Source: Desulfobacterales bacterium
Lineage (GTDB): Bacteria; Desulfobacterota; Desulfobacteria; Desulfobacterales; UBA2245
Length of the DNA stretch: 64,000 bases
Reading direction: 5' to 3'
Assembly (NCBI GenBank): GCA_040771865.1
Contig: JAXGZF010000004.1
Location: 353,916 to 417,915 of the forward strand
Numbering within the stretch: position 1 is the stretch's first letter; every line of letters starts with the position of its first letter. The translations under genes were made by a program, and so were the position numbers. Of the stretch, positions 41,419 to 50,662 are shown piece by piece. The notes under the pieces are model-generated. The model ran no database searches. It was not told where the DNA came from and saw nothing but the letters and a program-made list of their open reading frames with translations.

Positions 41419-42330
41419 ATGGTCGCTGAAACCTTCATGATCGAATGGGCTTCCCACCGGTTGGTATTCGGACTTCGAACCTGTGTCATGGGCATTCTCA
41501 ATGTGACGCCGGATTCTTTTTCCGATGGAGGGCGATATCTTTCCGTAGGCGCCGCCGTTGCCAAAGGCGTTGAGCTGGCACGGGACGGCGCCGACATTCT
41601 CGACGTGGGGGGGGAGTCCAGCCGTCCTTTTTCCGATCCTGTCTCCCTGGAGGAAGAATCGGAGCGGGTTGTGCCGGTCATCGAAAGGCTGGCGCGTTCC
41701 GTTTCAATACCTATTTCCATTGATACGACCAAGGCTGTGGTCGCCCGGCGGGCCATTGAAGCCGGAGCCTCCATGATCAACGATATCAATGCGTTGCAAG
41801 GCGATCCCGGCATGGCCGATGTCGCCTCAGATTGCCGGGTGCCCGTTGTCTTGATGCACATGCAGGGAACCCCCAAGACGATGCAGACCGCGCCAAGATA
41901 CGAAAATGCGGCCTCAGACATCATAAAGTTCCTGTCTCAGGCCGTTCAGTTTGCTCAGAGTCGCAACATTCCCCGGTCCAGAATCATCATTGATCCGGGT
42001 ATTGGCTTCGGGAAAACTGCGGAGCAGAATCTGTTGCTGATTCGACGTCTGGGGCTTTTTAAAAGTCTGAGATTGCCGATTCTTGTAGGAACTTCTCGAA
42101 AATCCTTTATCCGACACGCACTTGGTCTTACCGATAATATCGCGCCTTTGTCGGGCCCGATTGAGACGGCGACTCAGGCGACCGTGGCGGCGGCAGTTTT
42201 AAACGGGGCTCACATCGTCCGTGTACACGATGTGGCCGCTACCTGCATAACCGTGAGAATGATCGACGCTCTGAAGCATGGTTGCGCGGTCGAACCTTTT
42301 GCATGGAAAGGTTCGAATCGCCATGACTGA
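41419..42330 (+). CDS. folP: Dihydropteroate synthase
   Basis: MGILNVTPDSFSDGG, GGESSRP, IDPGIGFGK, SRKSF, RVHDV. Confidence 0.96.
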   Translation: MVAETFMIEWASHRLVFGLRTCVMGILNVTPDSFSDGGRYLSVGAAVAKGVELARDGADILDVGGESSRPFSDPVSLEEESERVVPVIERLARSVSIPISIDTTKAVVARRAIEAGASMINDINALQGDPGMADVASDCRVPVVLMHMQGTPKTMQTAPRYENAASDIIKFLSQAVQFAQSRNIPRSRIIIDPGIGFGKTAEQNLLLIRRLGLFKSLRLPILVGTSRKSFIRHALGLTDNIAPLSGPIETATQATVAAAVLNGAHIVRVHDVAATCITVRMIDALKHGCAVEPFAWKGSNRHD

Positions 42331-42437
42331 AATATCCGGCAAGCCCATAAGGCGTGCTCGATTTAAATATATTTTCGGTTTTTTTCCGGGATTTTGTCTT
42401 TTCGTGTCACGAATCAAAAACTTCAGGAAAGTCAGCC

Positions 42438-43199
42438 ATGATACTGGTCGTTGATGTGGGAAATTCCAATACCGTGTTTGGGGTTTACATAAAAGACATG
42501 CTTGCGGAAATCTGGCGGATTCAGACCGGGGGTCATCAAACCTCTGATGAGCTCGGATTGACGGTATGCGGATTGATGGCCGCAGACCGTATTGATTATA
42601 GAGATATCCAAAAAACAGTGATCGCCTCGGTAGTCCCGTCCCTGAAAAAAACCTGGGAAGGATTTTGCCGGAAATACCTGCATGATGCACCCCGCTGGGT
42701 TGAGGCCTCCAACCTGAGTCTGATGCCTGTACGGTGCGTCAATCCCGCGGAAGTGGGCGCCGACCGTCTGGTCAATGCCATAGCGGCCTATCATCGGTAT
42801 CAAACCGGGTTGATCGTTGTTGATTTCGGAACTGCCACGACTTTTGACGTCGTATCCGAAGCCGGTGAATTTCTGGGCGGCGCCATCAGCCCGGGCATCG
42901 GAATTTCGGCAGATGCGCTGCATCAGCGAACAGCCAAACTTCCACGGCTCGAAGTATTTTCTTCTCCGCCAAGCGCTATCGGCCGCGATACGATGGAAAG
43001 CATTCGTTCCGGCGTTGTTTTTGGATATGCGGGTCTGGTGGATGGAATGGTCCGGCGTATCCGGGCAGAGATGGCATTCGAACTCAAGGTGATTGCCACA
43101 GGTGGTCTTGCACCGGCAATGCAGGGGGTTTCGGAAATTATCTCCGCTGTGGAACCAAACTTGACGCTGGAGGGACTGAAGATTATCGCCGATCGTTAA
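42438..43199 (+). CDS. coaX: Type III pantothenate kinase
   Basis: VDVGNSN, GADR, VDFGTATT, GGAISPG, ATGG. Confidence 0.94.
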   Translation: MILVVDVGNSNTVFGVYIKDMLAEIWRIQTGGHQTSDELGLTVCGLMAADRIDYRDIQKTVIASVVPSLKKTWEGFCRKYLHDAPRWVEASNLSLMPVRCVNPAEVGADRLVNAIAAYHRYQTGLIVVDFGTATTFDVVSEAGEFLGGAISPGIGISADALHQRTAKLPRLEVFSSPPSAIGRDTMESIRSGVVFGYAGLVDGMVRRIRAEMAFELKVIATGGLAPAMQGVSEIISAVEPNLTLEGLKIIADR

Positions 43200-43207
43200 A
43201 ACACCTT

Positions 43208-43855
43208 TCAGATGCGGCCGGATTTTTTCAGGGCCTCCTTAAAGACCCGGTAAAATATTTCATTTTCCGCAATGCTCCGGCTCAGAATGCGATCCACATC
43301 ATCAATGTTGTCAAGGTTGATGATTACGTTTACGCTTTTATTAAAGGCCATCATCTTGTCCATGGTTCGGTATTGATTGCTGAGCAGGGCCACGAAAATA
43401 TTCCGGCGAACAGACATGTTCTGCCTGGACAGATAGATAAGAATGCTGTTGCTGTCGATATTCGACATGTCGAAAGTTTCGTTGATCGCTACCAGATCAA
43501 ATACGTGAAAACGCATTTTCGTGAGCGCATCACGTGCGTTGGACGCCTCGACAACATGATACTCCATCAGTTTCAGGGCATTGACGATTTTTTCACGAAT
43601 CTGCGGATCGTTTTCACAAACCAGAGCCGTCTTTCCTTCTTCCTCCGTAAAATCAAATGCGCTTTCCATCGGCTCGTCGGTTGAATTGTCGACGTTTTCG
43701 ATTCTTGAGGTCTGCGCGGCGGCATCCGTCAGTGGCGAGCTGACCGATATGCGGGTTTCGCACTTCGGACACCGGAGGGTTACGGTCTTTCCTTTTGGAA
43801 TTTTTTCATCAGCGATCTTGAATTTGCTTTGGCATTTATCGCAGGTAATATCCAT
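43208..43855 (-). CDS. Zinc-ribbon (MJ0042-like) plus receiver-like domain protein
   Basis: CDKCQSKFKI...RCPKC followed by a receiver-like pattern lacking the canonical Asp residues. Confidence 0.8.
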   Translation of the reverse strand: MDITCDKCQSKFKIADEKIPKGKTVTLRCPKCETRISVSSPLTDAAAQTSRIENVDNSTDEPMESAFDFTEEEGKTALVCENDPQIREKIVNALKLMEYHVVEASNARDALTKMRFHVFDLVAINETFDMSNIDSNSILIYLSRQNMSVRRNIFVALLSNQYRTMDKMMAFNKSVNVIINLDNIDDVDRILSRSIAENEIFYRVFKEALKKSGRI

Positions 43856-43907
43856 AATGATGACTCCAGTTGTTCATGATTGAATCGATGGCCATTCCGG
43901 CGTCAAG

Positions 43908-45077
43908 TTAACGAATTCTGTTTTTGTAGCTCCGGTCGATTTCCAGGTTGTCGATATCCGTGGTGGCTTCGCCGCGCGAACTCTTGACCATATCTATGCC
44001 GCGGCCTGTGATGCCTTTTCTTGACGAATAGGCCATGGCTATTTCCTGAGTAATGAGTCCCTTCTGGTATAGATTCACGATGTAATCGTCGAAAGTGGCC
44101 ATCCCAAAAGGCCTTCCGGCCTCAATAATCTCATAAAAAGTTTTGCCTTCGGACTCTCCATGGAGAATGGTGTCTTTGACGCGAAGATTGGTGCCCAGTA
44201 TTTCAAAGGCCGCAACGCGGCCGCCTCCGACTTTGGGCAGCAGGCGCTGGCAGACAATCCATCGAACCGTATCCGCCAAGCGGATGCGGATCTGGTTTTC
44301 TTCTTCCGTGTTGAACATGCCCAGTATGCGGTTGACGGTTTGGCCGGCATCCACGGTATGCAGCGTGGTCAACACCAAGTGACCGGTTTCGGCCGCAGTC
44401 AGGCCGATTTCCACGGTTTCCCGGTCTCTCATTTCACCGACGAGAATAACCTTGGGCGCCTGGCGAAGCGCCGCCCTCAGTCCGTTGGCATAACTGTCGA
44501 AATCCATTCCCAGTTCCCGTTGGTTGAACGTGGAGAGCTTATGCGGATGCTGATACTCGATGGGATCCTCCAGCGTGATAATATGGACGGACTTATTTTC
44601 ATTGATCGTATCCAGAATGGCGGCCAGAGAGGTGGTTTTACCGGAGCCCGTTGCACCCGTGACAAAGACGATGCCGTTCTTTTCCTCGGCAATTTTATAG
44701 AAAGATTCGGGAAGCCCCATTTCTTTTATTGTTGGAATCTTGGATTCCAGTTTTCTGAGAACCACAGAATAATTGCCGGTTTGTGAAAATACATTGACAC
44801 GAAATCGAGCTTTCCCGGCGAGCGAGTGAGACAGGTCGCAGGAACCGTGACTGAGCAGGTTTTCGGTGAGGCGTTGATCCTGGTTGATCAGATTCAAGGC
44901 GAAAGTTTCTGTTTGAAAAGGCGTGAGCTCTTCGATTTTAGGGTCCAGGGCGACCGGTATCAATTCACCGGCGCTTTCGACTTGAAGCGGCTTTCCAACG
45001 GTGAGGTTAAGGTCGGAAACCAGCTTGTGACAGTCGAGCATCTTGGTAAGAATATGGTCAATTTCCTGTTTTCTCAT
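43908..45077 (-). CDS. PilT/PilU family type IV pilus retraction ATPase
   Basis: GATGSGKTT, TLEDPIE, ALRQAP, GEMRD, AETGHLVLTTLH; lacks the AIRNLIRE motif. Confidence 0.9.
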   Translation of the reverse strand: MRKQEIDHILTKMLDCHKLVSDLNLTVGKPLQVESAGELIPVALDPKIEELTPFQTETFALNLINQDQRLTENLLSHGSCDLSHSLAGKARFRVNVFSQTGNYSVVLRKLESKIPTIKEMGLPESFYKIAEEKNGIVFVTGATGSGKTTSLAAILDTINENKSVHIITLEDPIEYQHPHKLSTFNQRELGMDFDSYANGLRAALRQAPKVILVGEMRDRETVEIGLTAAETGHLVLTTLHTVDAGQTVNRILGMFNTEEENQIRIRLADTVRWIVCQRLLPKVGGGRVAAFEILGTNLRVKDTILHGESEGKTFYEIIEAGRPFGMATFDDYIVNLYQKGLITQEIAMAYSSRKGITGRGIDMVKSSRGEATTDIDNLEIDRSYKNRIR

Positions 45078-45091
45078 AATGCTGCCTCATA

Positions 45092-46174
45092 TCATGCATC
45101 GGTGAAATCTGCTGGGGGCCCGGAAAGCATAGGCCGGAATTTGGCTTTATCGTTGGCCTTGGCATAGGCGTCATCCGGACTGATCCATCCTTTTCGGTAA
45201 AGATCCATAATGGATTCGTCCAGAAGCTGCATGCCGTATTTTTTCCCAGTCTGAATCATTGATGCCAGCTGATGGGTTTTGGATTCCCGGATCAGGTTTC
45301 GTACTGCCGGTGTGGCGATCAGAATTTCAACGGCAGCGCAACGGCCGGGCTTGTCGATTCGTTTAAAAAGCACCTGGGCGAGAACGGCCCGGATGGAGTC
45401 CGACAGTGTGGAACGGATCTGGGCCTGTTCGTGGGCCGGAAAGACCTCAATCATTCGATCTACGGTTTTCATGGCGCTTGAGGTGTGGAGCGTGGCGAAC
45501 ACCAAGTGGCCTGTGGATGCCGCCTCGATGGCCAGAGAAACGGTTTCCAGATCCCGCATCTCACCGACCAGAATGACGTCCGGGTCTTCACGAAGCGCCC
45601 CTCTGAGTGCGGCCGAAAAGGTCCGGGTGTGAATGCCGACCTCCCGGTGGTTGATGATGCAGCCCTGGCTTTCGTGAACGAATTCGATGGGGTCTTCGAT
45701 GGTAATGATATGATCTCTTCGACCCCGATTCACTTCGTCGATAATGGCCGCCAGCGTCGTGGATTTGCCGCTTCCGGTCGGCCCGGTAACCACCACTAGG
45801 CCGCGGGGAAGGGTGGCCAGCTTTTTGATGACCGGAGGAAGACCGAGCTGGTCAACGGTCATGATTACCGAGGGAATTTCCCGAAACACCGCACCGATTC
45901 CGTTTCTCTGCATGAAAAAATTGGCACGGTATCTGGCAAGGCCCGGAATTTCGTAAGCAAAATCGATATCGCCGGTTTCTTCAAAGACCTTGACCTTGTC
46001 TTCCGGCGCGATTTCATAAAGCATGGCCTTGAGCTCGTCATTTTCAAGCGTCTTGTACTTGATACGTTCAATGTCTCCACGAATTCGAAGAGCCGGGGGA
46101 AGACCGGCGGCCAAATGAAGATCTGAGGCCCCCTGATCATTCAACAATTTAAAGAAAGCGTCAATTTTTGCCAT
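45092..46174 (-). CDS. pilT: Twitching motility ATPase PilT
   Basis: GPTGSGKST, ALREDPD, AVRNLIRE, GMQ. Confidence 0.93.
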   Translation of the reverse strand: MAKIDAFFKLLNDQGASDLHLAAGLPPALRIRGDIERIKYKTLENDELKAMLYEIAPEDKVKVFEETGDIDFAYEIPGLARYRANFFMQRNGIGAVFREIPSVIMTVDQLGLPPVIKKLATLPRGLVVVTGPTGSGKSTTLAAIIDEVNRGRRDHIITIEDPIEFVHESQGCIINHREVGIHTRTFSAALRGALREDPDVILVGEMRDLETVSLAIEAASTGHLVFATLHTSSAMKTVDRMIEVFPAHEQAQIRSTLSDSIRAVLAQVLFKRIDKPGRCAAVEILIATPAVRNLIRESKTHQLASMIQTGKKYGMQLLDESIMDLYRKGWISPDDAYAKANDKAKFRPMLSGPPADFTDA

Positions 46175-46209
46175 AGGTTGCTCCCGAAATATAAACGGTA
46201 TGGTCCGAC

Positions 46210-46521
46210 TTATTGGGCATTAGTCAAAAATCTGATTTTGTCTTCTTCCGCATTCAAAAGGGCGGTATCTGTTTTTGCCGCATTCAGAAGACCGGCATGG
46301 ATTTCAAGTACCGAGGGGATTTGATCTTCGACCTCAATTCGCTGGCGTTTTGATTCACCGATATCCTCGTGCAGGGTTCTGCTTTCAGCCTCAAGAGCTT
46401 TGAGCCCGGTGTTGATTTCCTCAAGAAAGGCGTCCACCTCATGGAAATCAAGTCCTCGAAACCGGATTGAGAAACATTTTTCCTGAATATCGAAGGAATT
46501 AATTTTCATGGGTGTTCTCAT
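46210..46521 (-). CDS. Short DivIVA-domain protein
   Basis: DIQEKCFSIRFRGLDFHEVDAFL N-terminus; downstream of yggT. Confidence 0.7.
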   Translation of the reverse strand: MRTPMKINSFDIQEKCFSIRFRGLDFHEVDAFLEEINTGLKALEAESRTLHEDIGESKRQRIEVEDQIPSVLEIHAGLLNAAKTDTALLNAEEDKIRFLTNAQ

Positions 46522-46820
46522 TGAATCAGGCCGGCTGAAAATCGTTCAAGAGATTTTACGATAAATGTTTGAAGAAAGATGATGATTAAAAAAACGATGA
46601 CCGGTGAAAAGTCGATCCCCCCGAAACCGATGGGAATCTTGCGACGAATAGGGTAAAGCACCGGCTCGGTTATTTTGTAGATGAATCGAACGATGGCGTT
46701 GTAGGGATCCGGATTGACCCATGAAAGCACTGCACGTGCAATGACGATCCACATGAAAACCACCAGAATAATATCAATCACTTTTGCTGTCGCCATCAGA
46801 AAATAGCCCATCATGTACAT
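46518..46820 (-). CDS. yggT: YggT family membrane protein
   Basis: LSWVNPDPYN, ITEPVL.PIRR, IDFSP. Confidence 0.92.
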   Translation of the reverse strand: MYMMGYFLMATAKVIDIILVVFMWIVIARAVLSWVNPDPYNAIVRFIYKITEPVLYPIRRKIPIGFGGIDFSPVIVFLIIIFLQTFIVKSLERFSAGLIQ

Positions 46821-47375
46821 GCGGATGTCACCCTCGCGAATTTACATAGCAATTTATAGGTGTATTTTTCATAAAAATTAAATATATTCTTAATGATAAG
46901 TCAAGAATTTTAACGAGGTACCGGACAGGAATTTAGAAGAACTCACACAATTTTTAAACCAGATGCGAATTCAGGCACATAAATCTTCCTTTTTTCATGA
47001 TGTTTATCTAAATGGATCGGCTGCAATCATGGAAGATCGAAGAAGATAAAGCCGAATAGCCGGTTTGCTGCATTCCAGGGCGGAGATGCAAATGAATTTT
47101 TTCAGTTTTGGGGAAAATATGGTAGATTCCAGGCGTTATGCGCAGGCGCTTGCCAAAGGCATTTAAATTATAGTGACCCGGTTGCGCTTTCGAAGATAGT
47201 GTTACTTTTCGTTTAACTTGGGCCGTTGATCCTTTTGTTTTTTGCATGCGAATTGATAATCAATGCATTGATGAGAATTTGTGCGGTTGCGCTGTTGCTT
47301 ATCCTGCCAGAGGAAATTAGATGTATTAATCCACTGGTGTTTTGTCCTGAATAAGTACCATTAATTGATATTCTT

Positions 47376-47975
47376 ATGAATCCCGATATTGCAGATTTTA
47401 AAGACGTTATTCGGCGATTTGCCCGATCTGCCCCACCTACGGAACAGGCCTTTGAGCCAGCGAGTGTTTTTTTACTATTATACGGAGAACGGGCTCCTTG
47501 CCTGCTGGCCGTGCTGAAAGCCGATTATCCCGGCTACCCCTGGCGAAACCAGGTTGCGCTTCCTGGAGGCCATGTGGATGCTCAGACGGATGCATCGGCT
47601 CAGGATGCCGCGTTCCGGGAATTGAACGAGGAATTGGGTATCGGATCGGAACAGATCCATTTTATCGGATCTCTGGGACATTTTCAGACCATCTTGCATA
47701 AAGACATTCAGGTTTTTGTTGGTCTCTGGAACCAAGCGGGTCCTTTAAGGCCTGACCCCCAGGAGATTTCCCATGTGCTTAAGATCCCATTGGCCCGTCT
47801 GGCCAAATACCATTCGGGACAAAATGATAAAAATCCGGTCTATCCGCTGGATCACCAGATCGTTATCTGGGGCGTAACCGCCAAAATTTTATATCATTTT
47901 TTTGAAACCGCCTATCCTAAAATCGCTGAAAAATGGCCTTCTGTAATAGCGGGAATACGAGCAGGGTCATTGTGA
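47376..47975 (+). CDS. Nudix hydrolase, CoA pyrophosphatase-like
   Basis: QVALPGG...AAFRELNEELG Nudix box, IWGVTAKIL. Confidence 0.85.
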   Translation: MNPDIADFKDVIRRFARSAPPTEQAFEPASVFLLLYGERAPCLLAVLKADYPGYPWRNQVALPGGHVDAQTDASAQDAAFRELNEELGIGSEQIHFIGSLGHFQTILHKDIQVFVGLWNQAGPLRPDPQEISHVLKIPLARLAKYHSGQNDKNPVYPLDHQIVIWGVTAKILYHFFETAYPKIAEKWPSVIAGIRAGSL

Positions 47976-48218
47976 TGAATTGGAGATGGCTCGTTTGATC
48001 AATCGGGTCATGACAGAGATCAGGACAAGACTGCTCAGCACTGTCAGAAGAACGGGAAACCAGACCAGTTCAGGGTACTCGATTATTGCCACATACGTTC
48101 CGATAAGACCCAATACAAAGCATGCGGACAGAGCAGTGGCTCCGAAAAGGCAGGCCCGGTCAGAATCGTACCAGGGAACGATAATCTTGCGATACATGGG
48201 ATTTGAATCAATGCGCAT
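47967..48218 (-). CDS. Small two-helix membrane protein
   Basis: NPMYRKIIVPWYDS followed by two hydrophobic helices. Confidence 0.6.
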   Translation of the reverse strand: MRIDSNPMYRKIIVPWYDSDRACLFGATALSACFVLGLIGTYVAIIEYPELVWFPVLLTVLSSLVLISVMTRLIKRAISNSSQ

Positions 48219-48788
48219 ACAATGCTCACTATTCAGCCGGAAGCGCGTTTATTCAGATCGAGTTGCAGAAAGATGTTCCGGCCTTGGCGGGAACAAAGAC
48301 AATAAACCACCAAACAAACCGTAATCAAGCCCTTGATCTGCCCAGAAACCTTACGGACCTTTAAGCTTCTGTTGAGACTTATCATAGGCCAAACCTTAAA
48401 ACAAGATATGAAGCAATCCTTGGCCCGCATATTACTCTGAAACCCGGAGTCCGACAACAAGACTTTTCAGACGATCCCGGATGCCGCATTGATTGCCTGA
48501 GTGAGATCCGTTGACACCCGGTTGACGATGGGCTATTTAGCCCGAAATGCATGTTCGGTATGATGCATTATTCCTCCCTGAAGGCGGGACTTCCTCTGTG
48601 GGTTTTTGGAAAATGTGAGAAGGGTATTACGCTTGATGATTTTTTGGATGGGTCTGATTTTTTTCGGATGTTCCATAAAAAATAAAGCGTGGAGAATTTG
48701 AATAGAAGACGGGTTGGTCATGTGCTCCCATGTTGCAACAATTCGCCGAAGTTCAGAAGCGTCCATTGTATGAACTCGATGAAAGTCT

Positions 48789-50237
48789 ATGGAGAAACGA
48801 ATGAAATATGTTCTGGTTGCATCTGAAAATCGTGCTGCGGTTGACGGCATTCGGACGAGTCTCAAATCCCGATATCATGTGGAATGGGCCCGCAGCAAGC
48901 CCCAGCTCATGGAAATGTTTCGGGCCAGGAGATATGATTTTGTTTTTGTTGACCTGGAGTTGATTCAAGTTCCGGGAACAAAGTCGGATTACAAAAAAAT
49001 TTTCCAGCCTTTTTGGGAGGTCTATCCTGCTGCCACCCTGGTGGTTCTGGTTCCGAGCGAATTGATTCGTGAAGCCGTTATGGCGGTCAAGGCGGGTGCC
49101 AGCAATTATCTGACCTACCCGATTAATTCGGATGAGGTCAGTTACGTGGTTGAAAGTATTTATCAGTCTTTACTGGTCAGATCTGAACTTGACTATCTTC
49201 GGGATCAGTTTTGGGACAGAGATTCTCTGGAGATGGTTCAGACCCGAAGTCCTTTGATGCGTTCCGTTTTCGGAAAAATCAAATCGGTTGCGCCAACTCG
49301 GAGTACCGTTCTTCTGAGCGGAGAAACCGGTACCGGAAAGGGGGTGATGGCCAAACTGATACATCGCCACAGTCGACGCCAGAACGCTCCGTTTATCAGT
49401 GTGCATTGCGGCGCTATTCCGGATACGCTGCTTGAAAGTGAGCTTTTTGGCCACGAGAAGGGCGCTTTTACCGGTGCCGTTCGCAGGAAGATGGGCAGAT
49501 TTGAAGTGGCCAAAGGCGGGACAATTTTTCTGGATGAGATTGGAACCATCACCCCTTCTGCCCAGATCAAGCTCTTGCAGATATTGCAGGATGGCATTTT
49601 TCAGAGACTGGGCGGCGAGCAGTGCATCGAAGCGGATGTCAGGGTCATTTCTGCAACCAACACGGATTTAAAAATCATGTGCGATCAGGGAAGATTTCGT
49701 CGCGATCTTTATTACCGTTTAAATGTCTTCCCCGTTGAGATTCCGCCATTGCGGGATAGAAGGGAGGATGTTCCGCTCTTTGTGGAATTGTTTCTGAAAA
49801 AGTTGAACCGATTTTATCCAAAACAGATTTATGGTTGCGAACAGAGTGTTATGGAAGCATTGGAGCGTTATTCGTGGCCCGGAAATATTCGAGAGCTTGA
49901 AAATCTGGTTGAGCGTGCCTTTATTCTGGAGAGCTCTTCGCTTCTTTCGCCATCCAGCTTCCCGGCAGATATCATCGAGCCGGCCGGGCAACGGGCGGCG
50001 TTTCAACTGGATACACGCATCAGCTTATCTGAGGCTCGGCGAAAGGCGGTGGAGCATATCGAACAACAGTATATAAAGGAGCTTTTGACGCGGAATCATG
50101 GAAAAATCAATGAGTCTGCGGCTTCGGCAGGAATTACCACCCGTCAGTTGCACAAGTTGATGAAGAGATACGGTATTCAAAAAGAGGTTTTTAAAAAAAC
50201 AAATGAGCCAATTTTAAAACGATTCGAAACATTTTAA
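48789..50237 (+). CDS. Sigma54-dependent enhancer-binding protein with atypical receiver domain
   Basis: GETGTGKG, GAFTGA, LDEIG, WPGNIREL, C-terminal HTH. Confidence 0.92.
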   Translation: MEKRMKYVLVASENRAAVDGIRTSLKSRYHVEWARSKPQLMEMFRARRYDFVFVDLELIQVPGTKSDYKKIFQPFWEVYPAATLVVLVPSELIREAVMAVKAGASNYLTYPINSDEVSYVVESIYQSLLVRSELDYLRDQFWDRDSLEMVQTRSPLMRSVFGKIKSVAPTRSTVLLSGETGTGKGVMAKLIHRHSRRQNAPFISVHCGAIPDTLLESELFGHEKGAFTGAVRRKMGRFEVAKGGTIFLDEIGTITPSAQIKLLQILQDGIFQRLGGEQCIEADVRVISATNTDLKIMCDQGRFRRDLYYRLNVFPVEIPPLRDRREDVPLFVELFLKKLNRFYPKQIYGCEQSVMEALERYSWPGNIRELENLVERAFILESSSLLSPSSFPADIIEPAGQRAAFQLDTRISLSEARRKAVEHIEQQYIKELLTRNHGKINESAASAGITTRQLHKLMKRYGIQKEVFKKTNEPILKRFETF

Positions 50238-50362
50238 AAAAAGACGAATCTGGAATTTTGACACAATCTGCGCGATTGGCGCATAGTATCGCATTGTTGT
50301 GACGTGGTTTAATTTCAACGGACACCCTGCTAAGAGACAGGAAAAGGAAAGCGAGGTGTCAG

Positions 50363-50662
50363 ATGTCCGAAAAGAGCGCGAGATCGAACTACACCAGAGA
50401 GTTCAAGCAGGATGCTGTCAAGCTGGTGGTAGAGCATGGCTACAGTTGTCAGGAGGCTGGCCGGCGGCTTGGAATTGCCTGCGCGAACGTGTCACGCTGG
50501 GTGCGTCAGCATCGTGAGGAGCAGCAGCCGGATGGGTCTGGCACGCTTCGCCGAGAGCTGGAAGAGGAAAATCGTCGATTAAAAAAGGAGAACCAGCGGC
50601 TGCGGATGGAGCGCGAGATCTTAAAAAAAGCAGCGGCCTTCTTTGCGAAAGAGTCGAGTTGA
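50363..50662 (+). CDS. IS3 transposase OrfA
   Basis: YTREFKQDAVKLV HTH; EREILKKAAAFFAKE; A7G slippery site at 50623-50630. Confidence 0.92.
   Translation: MSEKSARSNYTREFKQDAVKLVVEHGYSCQEAGRRLGIACANVSRWVRQHREEQQPDGSGTLRRELEEENRRLKKENQRLRMEREILKKAAAFFAKESS

Noticed and set aside
7857..46140. Many 100-400 aa alternative-frame ORFs (e.g. 7857-8780, 15245-16228, 17252-18430, 29400-30374)
   Set aside because: They overlap well-supported genes and have shadow-ORF composition
46830..47370. Long AT-rich intergenic region
   Set aside because: Consistent with divergent promoters; no repeat or RNA motif recognised
50295..50299. TGTTG before IRL matches the first five bases of IRR
   Set aside because: Too short to interpret; the 26-bp IR alignment favours a start at 50300
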